DNA from: Balamuthia mandrillaris | Lineage: Eukaryota | Assembly (NCBI GenBank): GCA_031835245.2 | Contig: JAVKOQ020000084.1 | Span: 124,001-187,839, forward strand | Length of the DNA: 63,839 nt | Direction of reading: 5' to 3' | In this document: piece after piece, positions 1 to 11,916 of the stretch | Numbering within the stretch: position 1 is the first letter of the stretch | How the letters are laid out: each line of letters opens with the position of its first letter | Program-made: the position numbers and the translations under genes | Notes under the pieces: generated by a model | Told to the model about the DNA's origin: nothing | Databases searched by the model: none | The model's input: the letters and a program-made list of their open reading frames with translations, nothing else

Positions 1-986
1 AGCGTTGGCTCTATCTCTGTAAAGGAGTTGATGACGGATTATACTCGCGACTGTTTGCAGTTTACCCTCATCCACAAACGGGTTGTTGAGAATGATGCCT
101 TTAGCTCCGCTTTTAGTGTTGTAATCGTAGAGAAGAACAGCAGAGCGTTTGAAGGCATCTCCCTCTAAGTTTGGGTGAGCAATTAGCACCGTTCCTTTTT
201 GGAGCATTCGTGTGGTGCTTGCTGTTTCGTCTGTGCTGTCTTGTTGTCCGGTTTCCTGTGGATGTTGTTGTTGTTGTTGTGTATTTTCTTTGAGACCAAA
301 CAGAGAGGCTTTGTTTGTTGATGGCAAAAAGAGAGAAGAATGAATAAATGAATGACTAGAACGCGGAGGAGAACAGCAGATTTGAAAGTGAAGAGAGCAG
401 AGAAACAAAGAGAGAGAACAGAGAGAGAGAGAGAGAGAACAGAGAAAGAGGCCATATCAACGCACTATCAATGCCATATTTCTTGCCAGCACTGACGCAG
501 CGTCCAATCTCTCTTATCGCAACCAAAGCCGCATCGATCAGTCGCTCCTTTTTCTTTAGTCCATTATTTTTTTTTGGGGCACTTCAGTGTTGTTGCAAAA
601 ACTAACACAATCGAGCAGTGAGTGAAAAAAAAAAAAGGACAAACCAGTTGATCGGGTTCGTCTTTATGCCGATGGAAGACGTCTGTTAGGAACGACACTA
701 CGGAGCGTTGCCGCGCGATGGCCGGGTTGTAAAAGAGCGTCTCCTTGTAGCCAAAGAACTCGGTGCTCAGCTCATCCACCACGGAATAAGTGTCGACTTG
801 CTGTGGTTTGGCGGTGGGCCGCGTTGCTGCGAAAATAGGGGCCAAGGAACGAGCGGCGCCGGCGGAGGAGCGCAGGAAGAGAGTGGGGCGGAGGAGAAGG
901 TACTTGAGCGCCGGTTCCCTGTCCAGCACCTTGCCCTCCCTCAATAGCGTCCGGTAGACCGTCCTCACTAGCGTGGCATCTCCCAT
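1..986 (-). CDS. YqgE/AlgH (DUF179) family protein with N-terminal LYR-like segment; 3' end lies outside the window
   Basis: Exon 1 starts MGDATLVRTVYRTLLREG. A manually translated downstream exon (1-~290) reads LQKGTVLIAHPNLEGDAFKRSAVLLYDYNTKSGAKGIILNNP, matching the AlgH/YqgE N-terminal pattern (LIAxP...FxRSV.L......GA.G.ILN.P). Confidence 0.75.
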
Positions 987-1228
987 TTTGTTCTGTTTTT
1001 TTTTGTTTTATACTATTCCTGTAGAATTGGTGCTCAATTACAGAACAAATTGAACTCCAAAAGCACCCATGATTTTTCAACACAAATGTTGAGTATGAAA
1101 GGAATGTTATTTATGCAAAGAATTTTTACATGTCTACAAATAAACAAAATAAGGACATCAAAGAAGCGACTGGATCTGATGCAGAAGTGTATGTGCATGA
1201 CGATAGGGGGGAAGGGTTTGTTGGCTCT

Positions 1229-2821
1229 CTAGAACAAGGCCTCGAGGAGAGCGCTGCTGGGAGTGGCGGCGGCGGACTCGGAGTCCTGCACCACCACCAC
1301 GTTCTGGCTCCTCTTCTTGCACTCGCAGCCCTCCTCGGAGGAGGACTCCTCCTGGTCGGGGAGGGTGGGGCTCTGGTCCTCGGGCAAGCGGTCCAACAGG
1401 CAGGCGGTGCGGGCGGAGACGCTGAAGGTGTAGCGGCACATGTCGTTGATGGAGGTCTGGGCGAAGCCCGTGGCCCTGCTGTTCACCGAGGGAGCCATGA
1501 TGTTGCTGCTGTGCCTGGCGCCGTAGTTGTGCCCGATCTCGTGGGCGGGGATGACCCAGCGGGCGTTGCCTCCCAGGTAGCCCGTGATGCCGCAGCCCTG
1601 GGTGGTGTACCTGCAGAGGGCGCTGTAATAGGCACGCCCGGCCACGCCCGTGCGGTCCGGCAGGCATCCGGAGAGCAAGTGCCAGAGGCCGATGGTGCGG
1701 TCGGTCTGGCGGACCCTCCAGTTGCAGAAGGGGGTGAGCCTGGTCTGCACGTCGGAGGGGCAGCTGGCGGTGTTGAAGTTGGTGGAGGAGGAGGAGGAGG
1801 AGGAGGAAGGGCTGGAGTTGATGACCAGGGACTTGATGACGGGCTTGTTGCGCACGGCGGTGTAGTAGTGGCCCTGCATGGTGGACCAGACGTAGGAGAT
1901 GGTGTTGGGGGTGCCGGAGGTGCCCCCCGCCTTGCGCACGTACTGGTTGTCCGTGGCCACGCCCATGAGCAGGTAGCTCGCGCTGCGAGGAGGGCAGCTG
2001 CTGGTCGGGTCCACCACGTCCTCCGCATCCTCCTCTCCCTCCTGGATGTCACCCGTGCCGCAGGAGACCGGTGGTTGCTCGCCTTCCTCCTCGGCTTGGT
2101 CCACATTGCGAGGGGCGAAAGGAAGCTCATCCCAGTGCTCCTTGAAGACCACCATGTTGCCTCCGGAGAGGGTCTCCATCATGCCTCCACCCTCGCTTCT
2201 CTTCTTGCTGAGCTCGGGGTGAAGGTAGGTGGGCTCCACCACGTAGCTCTCTCCCGTCTGGGCGTTCCAGATGCTCATGTGGAAGATGCCTTGGTCGTAG
2301 TCGGCCACCACGGCGGAGACGCTGGCCTGCTCCCTGCCATCGATGGTGGCCTCTCCCAGGTAGGCTCTGCTCTGAGGGGAATAGGTCTCCACCAGCTCTC
2401 CCTCAGAGAAGACGGAGACCACGGCCTTGGGATGGAAGAGATCGTTGTTGTGGTGGAGGGAGGCGGAGAATTCTCGGCCCAAGGCCTTGAAGGACAGGCT
2501 CATGGAGTGGCGGCTGGTGAAGGTGGAGTTGGAAAGGGTCCTGCGGGTCATGACGGCTTGACCGGGGTTCTTCTGGATGGAGAAGGAGATGCTGTCCAGC
2601 AGCTCACGTTCCGCTGGCAGCTCACGAGAACGCGCTGCCCATGCCGAATGTCAGAAAGAAGAACGTAACGAAAGAGAGAGAAAGGAAAAGAAACTAAAAA
2701 CGGAGGAGGAGAAGGGAGGATGGGTACCATAGATGTCGGCATAGTTCAAAGCGAGAGCGGAGGAAACAATGCAAAGAAGCATCACCCCAGCGAGGAAAGC
2801 AGTGTTGCTCGCTCTTGTCAT
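1229..2821 (-). CDS. Secreted metzincin zinc metalloprotease (M12B/reprolysin-like), copy 1
   Basis: Signal-peptide exon MTRASNTAFLAGVMLLCIVSSALA, one ~95 nt intron, candidate cysteine switch PPVSCGT, HEIGHNYGARH zinc motif, Met-turn SSNIMAP. TATTTAAA box at 2943-2950 on the minus strand. Confidence 0.9.
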
Positions 2822-3909
2822 GTTGTTCAGGTAAACGGGAAGTGGATGTCGGTGTTTTTCGCTTTGTTTGTGTTGTTTGAATTTTTTTGTTGTTGTTGAG
2901 TGAATGAAGGAGAAAGGGAAAGGGAAGTGGAAAGGGAAGAGGTTTAAATAGTTTCTTTGGTGACCTCCATCCGTTCCCTCAGCTGACTTTGTGCAAACCC
3001 GATATCCTCCTTCAACATTCGGGGGAACCCAACGTGTTGTTGGTTGAGTACTTATTTCTTCTTCTGTGTTCAAACAACCATGTTCCATTTCCTCCCTCCG
3101 CTTGGCGGTTGTCAAACGAAGGAGACCACTTCAACATAAGACTTATTTCTGAGCTTCCACTATCGTCATTGCGACCAGCGCTGAACCATTCGTTGAAGGA
3201 CCAACAAACGAAAACAACAGCAACAAGCTCCTCCTCGTAGCAAAAATCTTTGGAAGCTCCCCGATATATTTGAAGCATCAAACAGCCTGCATTACATCTG
3301 TTTGAAGCACCAAATAGATGCATTACATTCGGCCAATCAACGCAAAGCACTGAGAGTTCGATCCCGAGGCACCAAACAACCAAATGAAGTGTTCAGTTTC
3401 CTCAACACCAAGGAAAAGGAAGATCTCGATGGAACCCAATACTGTGATAAACGCTACAACTCATATCTTCAGCCATCGATGCTCCTTTTTCCAGGGGAAC
3501 CGGATGCCTACATCTTCTTCTATTGAGGAGTGCTTGTTCCTTTCCTCATACGATTGTTTAATTGTACGCATCAGATTATTGGGTGGTGCAAACATATGTT
3601 ACCCACCGCGATGCCTGAGATGTACCAGATGAGGTTTTTTTTTTTTTCATGGGAAGGCACAGAAAGGAAAGGAAAGAAAGCAACGGTATCCGATAGATGT
3701 CATTCTTTTCCTGGTTGGTGTCTGTTCGCTTGCTCAGGGACCCCGAACAACGATCCAACCTCGTAGAATCTAGCAGTTAGACATCATATGTGTCGACAAT
3801 AATGAACTGTCCACAAAAATGTCTACAAAAAAACTGAAATCGACAAAAAAGATTTCGGTTCGGCTTGGACGCAGACGAGAGCGTTGTGGCGCGGGGGGTT
3901 CTTCACGGT

Positions 3910-4653
3910 ATGGATCCTTTGGAGTCGTTGAAGGATCCAGGTGGGCTGGTGGCTTGGGCCAGCCACCAATGGTCCCACTTCACGGAACAGTACTACGCCT
4001 TTTTGTGGCTGGGAGTGGGGATCTGCCTCCTGCTGCTCTTTTTGAAGCCACATCTTTCGCAAGCATGGAGAGCGAGGAAGAGACGGCAGGCAAGCCTCGG
4101 TACCGATTGATCCTTCTTTTTCTGTTTGTTTGTTTCTATTCTCGCTCTCTGCTCTGCTCTGCTTCTCTCTTTCTCTTCCTCTCTCTCCTCTCTTCTTTTG
4201 CTTAATGTTGAGCGTTGTTTTTTTTTTTGGCAGCGGCAACTCCAGCGCGGCCTGACTACGATGAGGAGCTTCGTGTAAGGAGGTTGTTGCAACAGCAACA
4301 GGTGGAAGAGGAGGCCAAACGAGTGGCCGAGCGAAAGAAAGAGCAGGAGCGCATCCGTAGACAGCAAAAACTTGGTTTGATTCCCAAGGACAAGCCCCTA
4401 GCTCAAGGTGCCTTTTCAAACCCTTTTTCTCCTTCATCTTTATCTCTTTCCTGCTTTCTCTTTTCGCTTGTCTCTTCCCTCGTTCTCTGCTTCTTCTCTT
4501 TTATTTCTCTTTTCTTCTATGCTTAGTGCAGAGTGGAAGACATTAACACAAACAACAAAATACATAGAACACAATCCGTTAGCACCAACAACGTCGACAT
4601 CGAGGTTCAGACCTTCCTCTTCCTGTGGCAAAGGCAAACGAGGCTGAGGTTAA
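3910..4653 (+). CDS. SELENOS: Selenoprotein S (VIMP)-like; in-frame TGA 4645-4647 read as Sec
   Basis: Exons 3910-4099, 4234-4407, 4532-4653. Single TM helix, charged helix DYDEELRVRRLLQQQQ, C-terminus HNPLAPTTSTSRFRPSSSCGKGKRG-U-G-stop, resembling SelS YNPL...RP...GGUG. SECIS downstream. Confidence 0.88.
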
Positions 4654-4930
4654 GTTGTTGCAGAGAGAGATAAAGAAAGGAGAAACGAGGGATTCTTCTC
4701 CTCTCGTTCTCTTTTTTCAACCCCTACAAAGAAAAAGAATCTTTTTGGTTCTTTTTTTTTTTGTAGTCCTCTCTGCAACTTTTACTCCAAAGAGGATGAG
4801 AAAAGTGTATATCTCACTTTTTTTTTTCTTCCTTTTGTACAAACTCATGATTTGCTTCCTTTCTCTTTCTCTCTTGCTCTTCATCCCAAGGAGGAAGGAA
4901 AAAAAGATAACAGGAGGCAACGACTTTTTA

Positions 4931-5026
4931 AAAAAAAGTGGACATGAAGTGGCTAACTTAAATCAGCTTTCCTCAAACAAAATTACTGACGGTTAGTTGC
5001 TGAAGCAATAAACACACTTTTTTTTT
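4931..5026 (+). promoter_or_regulatory. SECIS element (form 2) in the SelS 3' UTR
   Basis: ATGAA 4944-4948, helix II GTGGCTAACT/GGTTAGTTGC, apical AAA 4960-4962, mini-helix TCAG/CTGA, 3' TGAA 5001-5004, helix I AAAAAAGTG/CACTTTTTT. Confidence 0.88.
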
Positions 5027-5097
5027 CTTTGCATTCCTCCAACGTGAAAGCAAAAAACCCAAAAAAAAACCAAAAAACCCAAAAAAAAAAAAAAAAC

Positions 5098-5591
5098 AGC
5101 ACCGACATTTGGGGGTGCTGCAGTGGGCACATAGGAACGGATGCCCTTAGGACGATGAGACGACGGTAGCAGCAGCGGAAAATGGACACTTGGATGTCCT
5201 CAAGTGGGCAAGGAAGCAAGGCTGTCCCTGGAACCGTCGGACTTGCAAATGCGCAGCTCTAAATGGACATTTGGAGGTGCTTCAATGGGCACGTGAGAAC
5301 GGATGCCCTTGGGATACTCCGGAAGAGGCAGCAAAAAACGGACATTTGGAAGTGTAGTGAAGTGGGTTCGTGGACAAGGTTGTCCTTGGGATCAGAGAAC
5401 GTGCAGTAAAGCAATTTGGAAGTGTTGAAGTGGTGCAGGGAGAACGGTTCTCCTTGAAATGATCGGATTTGCTATTATGCAATTGGAAGTGCTGAAGTGG
5501 GCCAGGCAGAATGGGTGGCCTTGGAGCAAAAACGAAGTCAATCGGTTCAGACTTCCTGAAAGTCGTTGAATGGCTGAAAGAGCAGCCATAA
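5098..5591 (+). pseudogene. Degenerate ankyrin-like repeat gene of the GHLEVLKWARENGCPWD type
   Basis: About six repeats, e.g. AAENGHLDVLKWARKQGCPWNRRTCKCAALNGHLEVLQWARENGCPWD. In-frame stops at 5148-5150 (TAG) and 5455-5457 (TGA), plus frameshifts and deletions. Confidence 0.8.
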
Positions 5592-6017
5592 GGGATCCAA
5601 TCCCCCAAATAGCAAATGAATGTGAAGAGGTCGACAGACACGTCACATCAGTCTACGAGAATAGAGTCAGCTGCATCGGAGTCAAGTGGGGACCAACCCA
5701 AGAGAGAATCCCATATAACCCTCAACAGAAGAGAAAGGCATAAAAGGCGAGAACAGATGTACACACACGGATACACGCACAGAGACAGAGACGTCTCTAC
5801 ATTGTTACACGCATGATCTCCGCCCTTGACTCAGCACGTGGAATGCAATTACTGTCGACTTCCTTTTTTAGGTGTTAAAATTCTCCCTACCAATCGGAGC
5901 CGTCCACGTATATTTTGTCGACTCATTCATTCATTAAATGATCCGGTGCTTCGACAAACTAGACAACACACAACACAAAAAAAAAAAAACGTAGCGAGCG
6001 AGCGAACAACAAAGAAC

Positions 6018-6225
6018 ATGAAGGTTGTGCGTAGCGGGGGAGGGTTGGTGGTGGTGGTGTTGCTGCTCTGCCTGGCCTCGTTGTCCGTGTTGCTGGCGAG
6101 AGCGGCGGCGGAGAGTGCTGTAGAAGGAGGAGGAGGAGGAGGAGCGAAAGGCCGAGTGGAGGTGCTGACCTCTGCCAACTTTACGGAACACGTGAGCGAC
6201 GGGACTTGGCTCGTTAAATTGTACG

Positions 6226-6268
<43 letters not shown>

Positions 6269-9205
6269 TCTCGAGATTCGTTTTTTTTTTTCGGTGAAGG
6301 GTCGTCATAATCAACTGACCGTGTTGTTGTTTTGCGCTAAGCTTTGCTCCGTGGTGTGGTCACTGCAATGCAATGGCGGAGTCATGGAGAGAGTTGGCCG
6401 CAAGTGCCAACGAGCACGGTTTTCGTGTTGCTGAAGTGGACTGTACCGCTGCTGAAGGTACTTTTCTTCGTTCTCCTTAATGTTCTTCTTCTTGTTCTTC
6501 TTCTTCTTCTTTTTGTTCTTCTTCTTCTTCTTCTTCTTCTTCTTCTTCTTCTTCTTGTTCCGCTTCTGCTCTTCTTCTTCTTCTTCTTCTTCTTCTTCTT
6601 CTTCTTCTTCTTCTTCTTCTTCTTCTTCTTCTTCTTCTTCTTCTTCTTCTTCTTCTTCTTCATAGCTCATGTTCATGTTCTTCTTCTTCTTGCTTCTTTA
6701 GTCTTTCTCACATTTGATTCCTTTTTTTGAAAAGATGTTTGCGCCCTGATGTCCATTGAAGGTTATCCTACCATATTCTATTTCAACGGGAAGAAAGCAG
6801 ATGGTTCTTTTGCTCTGTATAACAGAGCAAAAGAGGTTCTTGTCTCGGAAAGAACTGCCGATGAGTTCATTTCTTGGGTCGAACGTTTCCATCACAGAGC
6901 GGAAGTGAAGAAGGATGATGACTCTGTATATGTGCTCTCTGCCGAAAATTTTGATGAAGCCATTTCAGATGGCTTTTGGCTTGTTGAATTGTACATTCTC
7001 TCTCTCTCTCTCTCTCTCTTCTCTTCTCTTCTCTTCTCTTCTCTTCTCTTCTCTTCTCTTCTCTTCTCTTCTCTTCTCTTCTCTTTTTTTTTTTTCTCTT
7101 CTCTTCTCTTCTTTTCTCTTCTCTTCTCTTCTCTTCTCTTCTCTTCTCTTCTCTTCACTTCTATTCCTGTTCGTCTTAATCTTTCCCGCTTTCGTTTGTG
7201 TTTATTCACCTAATCTTACGTCCTCCTCTTCTTATTTTCAATTTCTATTTGTTAACCACCAAAAAAGCTATGCGCCTTGGTGTCCATACTGTCAAAAGTT
7301 AGCTCCAACATGGGCTGAACTAGGTGCTCAAGAAAATGTCAAAGACCACTTCAAAGTTGGCAAAGTTAACTGCGATGAGAATGAAGGTTTGTCTCTGGCT
7401 CTCAATCTTCTGATTGCGGTTAACCTCATTTTTCGTCGAAAAAAAAAAAAAAAAAACAACAAAAGAGCTCTGCCATAAGCAACAAATTGGAGGATTCCCT
7501 TCTATTCGACTGTACGTTCGTTTATTTGTCTTTGTCTAATTTTACTTCTCATTTTCTCACTTCGCATGCTTTTTAACTACAGTTTTCGCGATGGTGCCCT
7601 CTTGAAAAAGTATGTTGGAGAAAAAGCAGTCGATGCGTTTGTAGAGTTTGTGGAAATGGAAAAAGAAGCTTTTGTACCTGGTTCCGATGTTCTGGTCCTC
7701 ACCAACAGAAACTTTATGAACAACATACTTTCCTCTGATGGCGCTTGGATGGTTGAATTGTACGTTTTTGTTTCTCTCCAAATTCCCTGTTATTCTTCTA
7801 CCATCCTTATTTCACACATGCTTATTTTTACTCTGCTAATCTTTCTCTTTCTTACGCCTTCAATGCTCTTTCTGATACCGTTAGTTATGCTCCCTGGTGT
7901 GGACATTGCAAAGAATTAGCTCCCGAATGGGAGTCACTAGCCTCCTCCGTCAAAAACAGCGGAGATGATGTGAAGGTGGCCAAGGTAGATTGCGATGCGA
8001 ATGAAGGTTCGTATTTTATTCCATTAGAAAGAGTTAATTTTTAACAAATCCTGTTGTATCAGAACTCTGCAACAAAGTTGGTGTGAACAGTTTCCCTACA
8101 ATCAAAATGTTTGCTCTTGTTTCTTGTTTCTTTTTTGTTATTCAATTTCATTTTCAATTCTTACCTCTCGATCTCTAAAACGCAGGTTTCAAGTTACTTC
8201 GTACGATGGAGACAGAGACGTGGATTCATTCATAGCATTTATAAGATCTCAAGCGTCTCTACCTGCCCCAACTGCCAGCGATGTCATTACACTCACTCCT
8301 GATAACTTTGATAGCATCAAAGAAGGAGTCTGGATGGTTGAATTGTAAGCTCGTCGCATTCTCTCTTTTGCTTGCTTTATTTGGATTGCTTACTATTGAA
8401 TAACAATTAAGTTATGCGCCGTGGTGTTCTCATTGCAAGGCGTTGGCTCCAGAATGGGAAGCGTTCGCGACCTCCTCTAAAGGCAACCTTAACGTAGCAT
8501 CCGTTAATTGTGAAGCGTTCCCAGACCTATGCGACCATGTTGCTTCCTTCCCAACTATTTTGCTGTACTACTGCTCTCTTTCTCTCTCTTTCTCCCCTCT
8601 CTCTCTTGCTCTCTCTCTCTCTCTCCTCTCTCTCTCCTCTCTCTCTCTCTCTTGCTCTCTCCTTGTGTGTTGTTAATATTTCTTTTGTTTACCTCTCATT
8701 AATGTTGATGTAGTTATGCAAATGCTGGTGAACCTATTTTGTTCAAAGGCAATCGAGAACGAGGTGCCTTTTCTACATTTGCTGAAATGATGGCAGAAGA
8801 ACAAGGAGAAGATAGTGATAGCCACATCATTCAACTTGACTCTGATATTGCCATTCGCGATGCCCTCGTCGAAGGAGATTGGATGATTGACTTGTAAGAT
8901 CCTTTTTCATTTGTGGTTGTGTTGGTTGTTTACAAATGATTAACTGTATTCTGTTGCCAAAAAAGTTATGTACCTTGGTGTTCCCATTGTGCCATATTGA
9001 AGCCGGTTTGGGAGGATTTATCTTTGGAGCTTCATGAAGAAGGCATTCCTGTCAAGGTTGCCACCTTCAATTGCGACGACTTTTATGGTAACTTTCCTCT
9101 CTCCTTGGTCTCTTTGCTTGCTTTCTATTTTATGTTTTAAACCCTGTCTTTTAGGTAGGTGCAAAGAAATAGGGGTAGAGCACTATCCAGCTATAATGCA
9201 GTACG

Positions 9206-9246
<41 letters not shown>

Positions 9247-9460
9247 ATCTCTCTCAGTTCTTTTTCTTTTTCTTTTTCTTTTTCTTTTTCTTTTTAACAT
9301 TTTTCTGTGTAACAAACAAAGCGTAAGGAATGGGCGTTACCAGTTTTATGATGGCTCGTTTGCAGTCGAACCTTTGTTGGAGTTTGCCAAAAAGGATCCA
9401 GCTACAGTTGCTCCTCCGCCCGCTGTCTCATCAACGCCAAACACCAAAGATGAATTGTAA
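6018..9460 (+). CDS. Protein disulfide-isomerase family protein with five thioredoxin domains (TXNDC5/ERp46-like), ER-resident
   Basis: Signal peptide. Spliced active sites WCGHC, WCPYC, WCGHC, WCSHC, WCSHC. C-terminal KDEL followed by TAA at 9458-9460. Many GT-AG introns. Confidence 0.92.
6482..6690 (+). repeat. Intronic (TTC)n microsatellite
   Basis: Directly visible; source of the spurious poly-F/K/E/S ORFs. Confidence 0.95.
7017..7155 (+). repeat. Intronic (TCTTC)n pentanucleotide microsatellite
   Basis: Directly visible tandem ctctt units. Confidence 0.9.
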
Positions 9461-9540
9461 AAGTTGCGTTCTTTGTTATGTTATTTTATTTGTGGAATGA
9501 TTTATGTCACGGTAGGCCTTGCTGGTGGACAGCTCTTCGA

Positions 9541-10369
9541 TCACCACTCTGAAGTCTCAAGTGTCTCTTTCGCCTCCCAGTCACTCCAGCGATAAAAACT
9601 CGCTGCTGAAGCAAACACGTTCAACCTATCCTCCTCTCCCTCGTTCTTCTCATCCAACGTGAGTCCCCCGTATACAGCTTTGCGATGATGAAACTCCAAG
9701 TTGTGCAAACGAAGGGACCCGCAATCCAAGAGGTTGAGCCGGTGCAGCCTGGTGCAGTGGGCCAAGACCTGGTTGACCGCTTCTTCTCCAGGCCGGAGAG
9801 CCAGCTGCTCGTTTCCCTGCAGCAGCAACACGCGAAGCCTGCAGGGGGACGGCAAGCAAAGAGGGAGATAGCCAAGATGTTGGGGGGTGAGGTCGGTGAA
9901 GCTGAGGTCCAGATATTCCAGGCCGGAGCAACCCCTGAGCAATGCTTGCCAGGCACGGAAGTGGCGTTCATGTGGTTGTCCCTTTGGTAGTTTGTTGACC
10001 AGAAAGTATTGGCCATGCAAACCCAACTGCAGCGGCAAGAAAGTGTTGGTGGAGAAAAACTAGAAGAAGCAAGGAAGAAGCAGAAGGAAGAAGAAGAAGA
10101 AGAAGAAGAAGAAGAAGAAGAAGAAGAAGAAGAAGAAGAAGAAGAAGAAGAACAAGAAGAACAAGAAGACCAAGAACTAACGAATAACGTACATGAAGAA
10201 GATTAGGGCAATGGGTGCCCAACATGGACAAAAGACAACGCACATCTCCGTCCTCGTCATCGTTAGGCTGATAAGAATACCACTCCTCTTCGCCGCGGCG
10301 TGAGTACTCGAAGAAGCCCCGGTCAGTCCCTCTAGCATAGGATAGCCTTGGCTGCAATAAAGCCGAACT

Positions 10370-10411
<42 letters not shown>

Positions 10412-10944
10412 AGAGTTAACAAGGAAAAATAAGCATAGAACACAGGAGCGAACCTCAATTCCAGAAACTCTAATTTCTCTCCACATTTAGCCACCAGAGA
10501 AGACAACGCAACCACAAAGCACTCTACAGAGGAGAGGTTGATCTGTCTCAAGTTGTTCCGTTCGTTCAAAGCGTTGGCAATGGCTGTCAGGACCTCTCCA
10601 TCCGGGTCCTTCAAACCGCTGAGGTCCAAGGAATGGATGTTGCTGCAGGAGGGAAGAAAGATGGAAAAGTGGCACGGCCGCAAGGAAAGAGGTGGCCGTG
10701 GGGGTAGTGACCCGTAATCATTGTAGGAGAAGAGGGATGGCGGCAGGGCCAGCGGAGACTGGGTTGCCGTTAATGCGCGGAAGAGGAGGTCCTGCAAGCA
10801 ATGTTCTTTGAGGTCCGCGGGAAGTGATTGTTGGATGAGGGCAGCGCTGGGAGCAAGATACCGTACTAACGGGTCGATGCACAGCAATGCAAGAGGAGGA
10901 ACAGAGGAGGCACAAGAAGAAGAACAACAAGAATTGAGATCCAT
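9541..10944 (-). CDS. Leucine-rich repeat (RNI/AMN1-like) protein
   Basis: LRR units NIHSLDLSGL, NLRQINLSSV, GLEYLDLSFT, RLRVLLLQGN, RLHRLNLLDC across three exons; paralogous to 39988-41283. Confidence 0.8.
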
Positions 10945-11350
10945 GTCTGTTCTTGTAATGCTCCTCTCTTTCAGGACGACACGATCATTCTATTCAGAGA
11001 GACGCAGGAATTCATAAAATGTAAAGCATCTAAACTATTTAATGAATTTCAGGCATTTGAAATACGTCAAAAATGTGAAGAATTTCACTGACAAAAAAAA
11101 GAAAGGAAAGAAACAGAAACGAAAAATCGTTTCGGCCGTTTTGTTGCAAAACTTCCGACGACATCCCACCCCTCACCCCCCCCTCTTTCCCTCTTCCCCA
11201 CAACAACAACCTTTTTATATCCTTGGGTGGTGGTTTTGGACTTTGAAAAAAAAAATGGTGACCTTTCTTCTATTTGTTTTTTTTTTTTTTTTTTTTTTTT
11301 CTCATTTCAACAAAAAAAATTACACATAGAACTCCACGGAAGAAAAACAG

Positions 11351-11876
11351 ATGTGGGAGTCGGGAGAGCTATCCCTTGCAGAGCAACAGGAGATAGAACA
11401 AGAGCTGGCCTCTCTGGAAGCAGGAGAGAAACACCAACACCAGCAAGAAAACAACAACGCCGCCACCGAGGACGACGAAGCTAAAAATGGTGACGTGGTT
11501 GCAGTGGTGACATCCAATGCAGCTGAGGAGGAGGAGGAGGAGGAGGAGCAGGACGAGGAGAAGAAGAAGAAGGAGAGAGAGGACGAGGTCCAATGGGAGG
11601 TCTTGCCAGAGAGAGACATGGAGCTGAGCTTCAGGGATGATGGCAAGGAGGAGGAGGCCCAGGCCGAGCAGCGACAGAGGGTGCAGAGACAGCTGGCGCA
11701 GGTTAGCTTCCTGGAGAAGAGGCTGCAACGAACGCTGATCGACACGCTTGTGCTGGCTGCTGTGGCCCGTGCCATGTGGGAAGAGACCCACACCGCTGCG
11801 TACGTTTGCTTGCTTGTCTTCTCTTCTCTTTCTGTTTTTCTCTGTTTCTCTGTTCCTCTCCTCTTCCCGTCTCTTC

Positions 11877-11916
<40 letters not shown>

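Noticed and set aside
1229..2640. Horizontal transfer of the protease inferred from high GC
   Set aside because: Several ordinary genes here (permease, DnaJ, HP1, RPLP1) have equally GC-rich exons, so composition alone is uninformative.
1130..2668. 512-aa plus-strand ORF (and its counterpart 42406-43560 minus)
   Set aside because: Antisense shadow of the GC3-rich metalloprotease exon; no motifs.
2989..3766. Short ORFs upstream of protease copy 1
   Set aside because: No motifs, and frames are not preserved in the homologous 41300-42090 region; possibly decayed sequence.
6311..6730. Poly-E/K/F/S ORFs here and at 32828, 35307-36231, 57293-58265, 59210-59762 and 62913-63440
   Set aside because: Translations of (TTC)n/(TC)n microsatellites.
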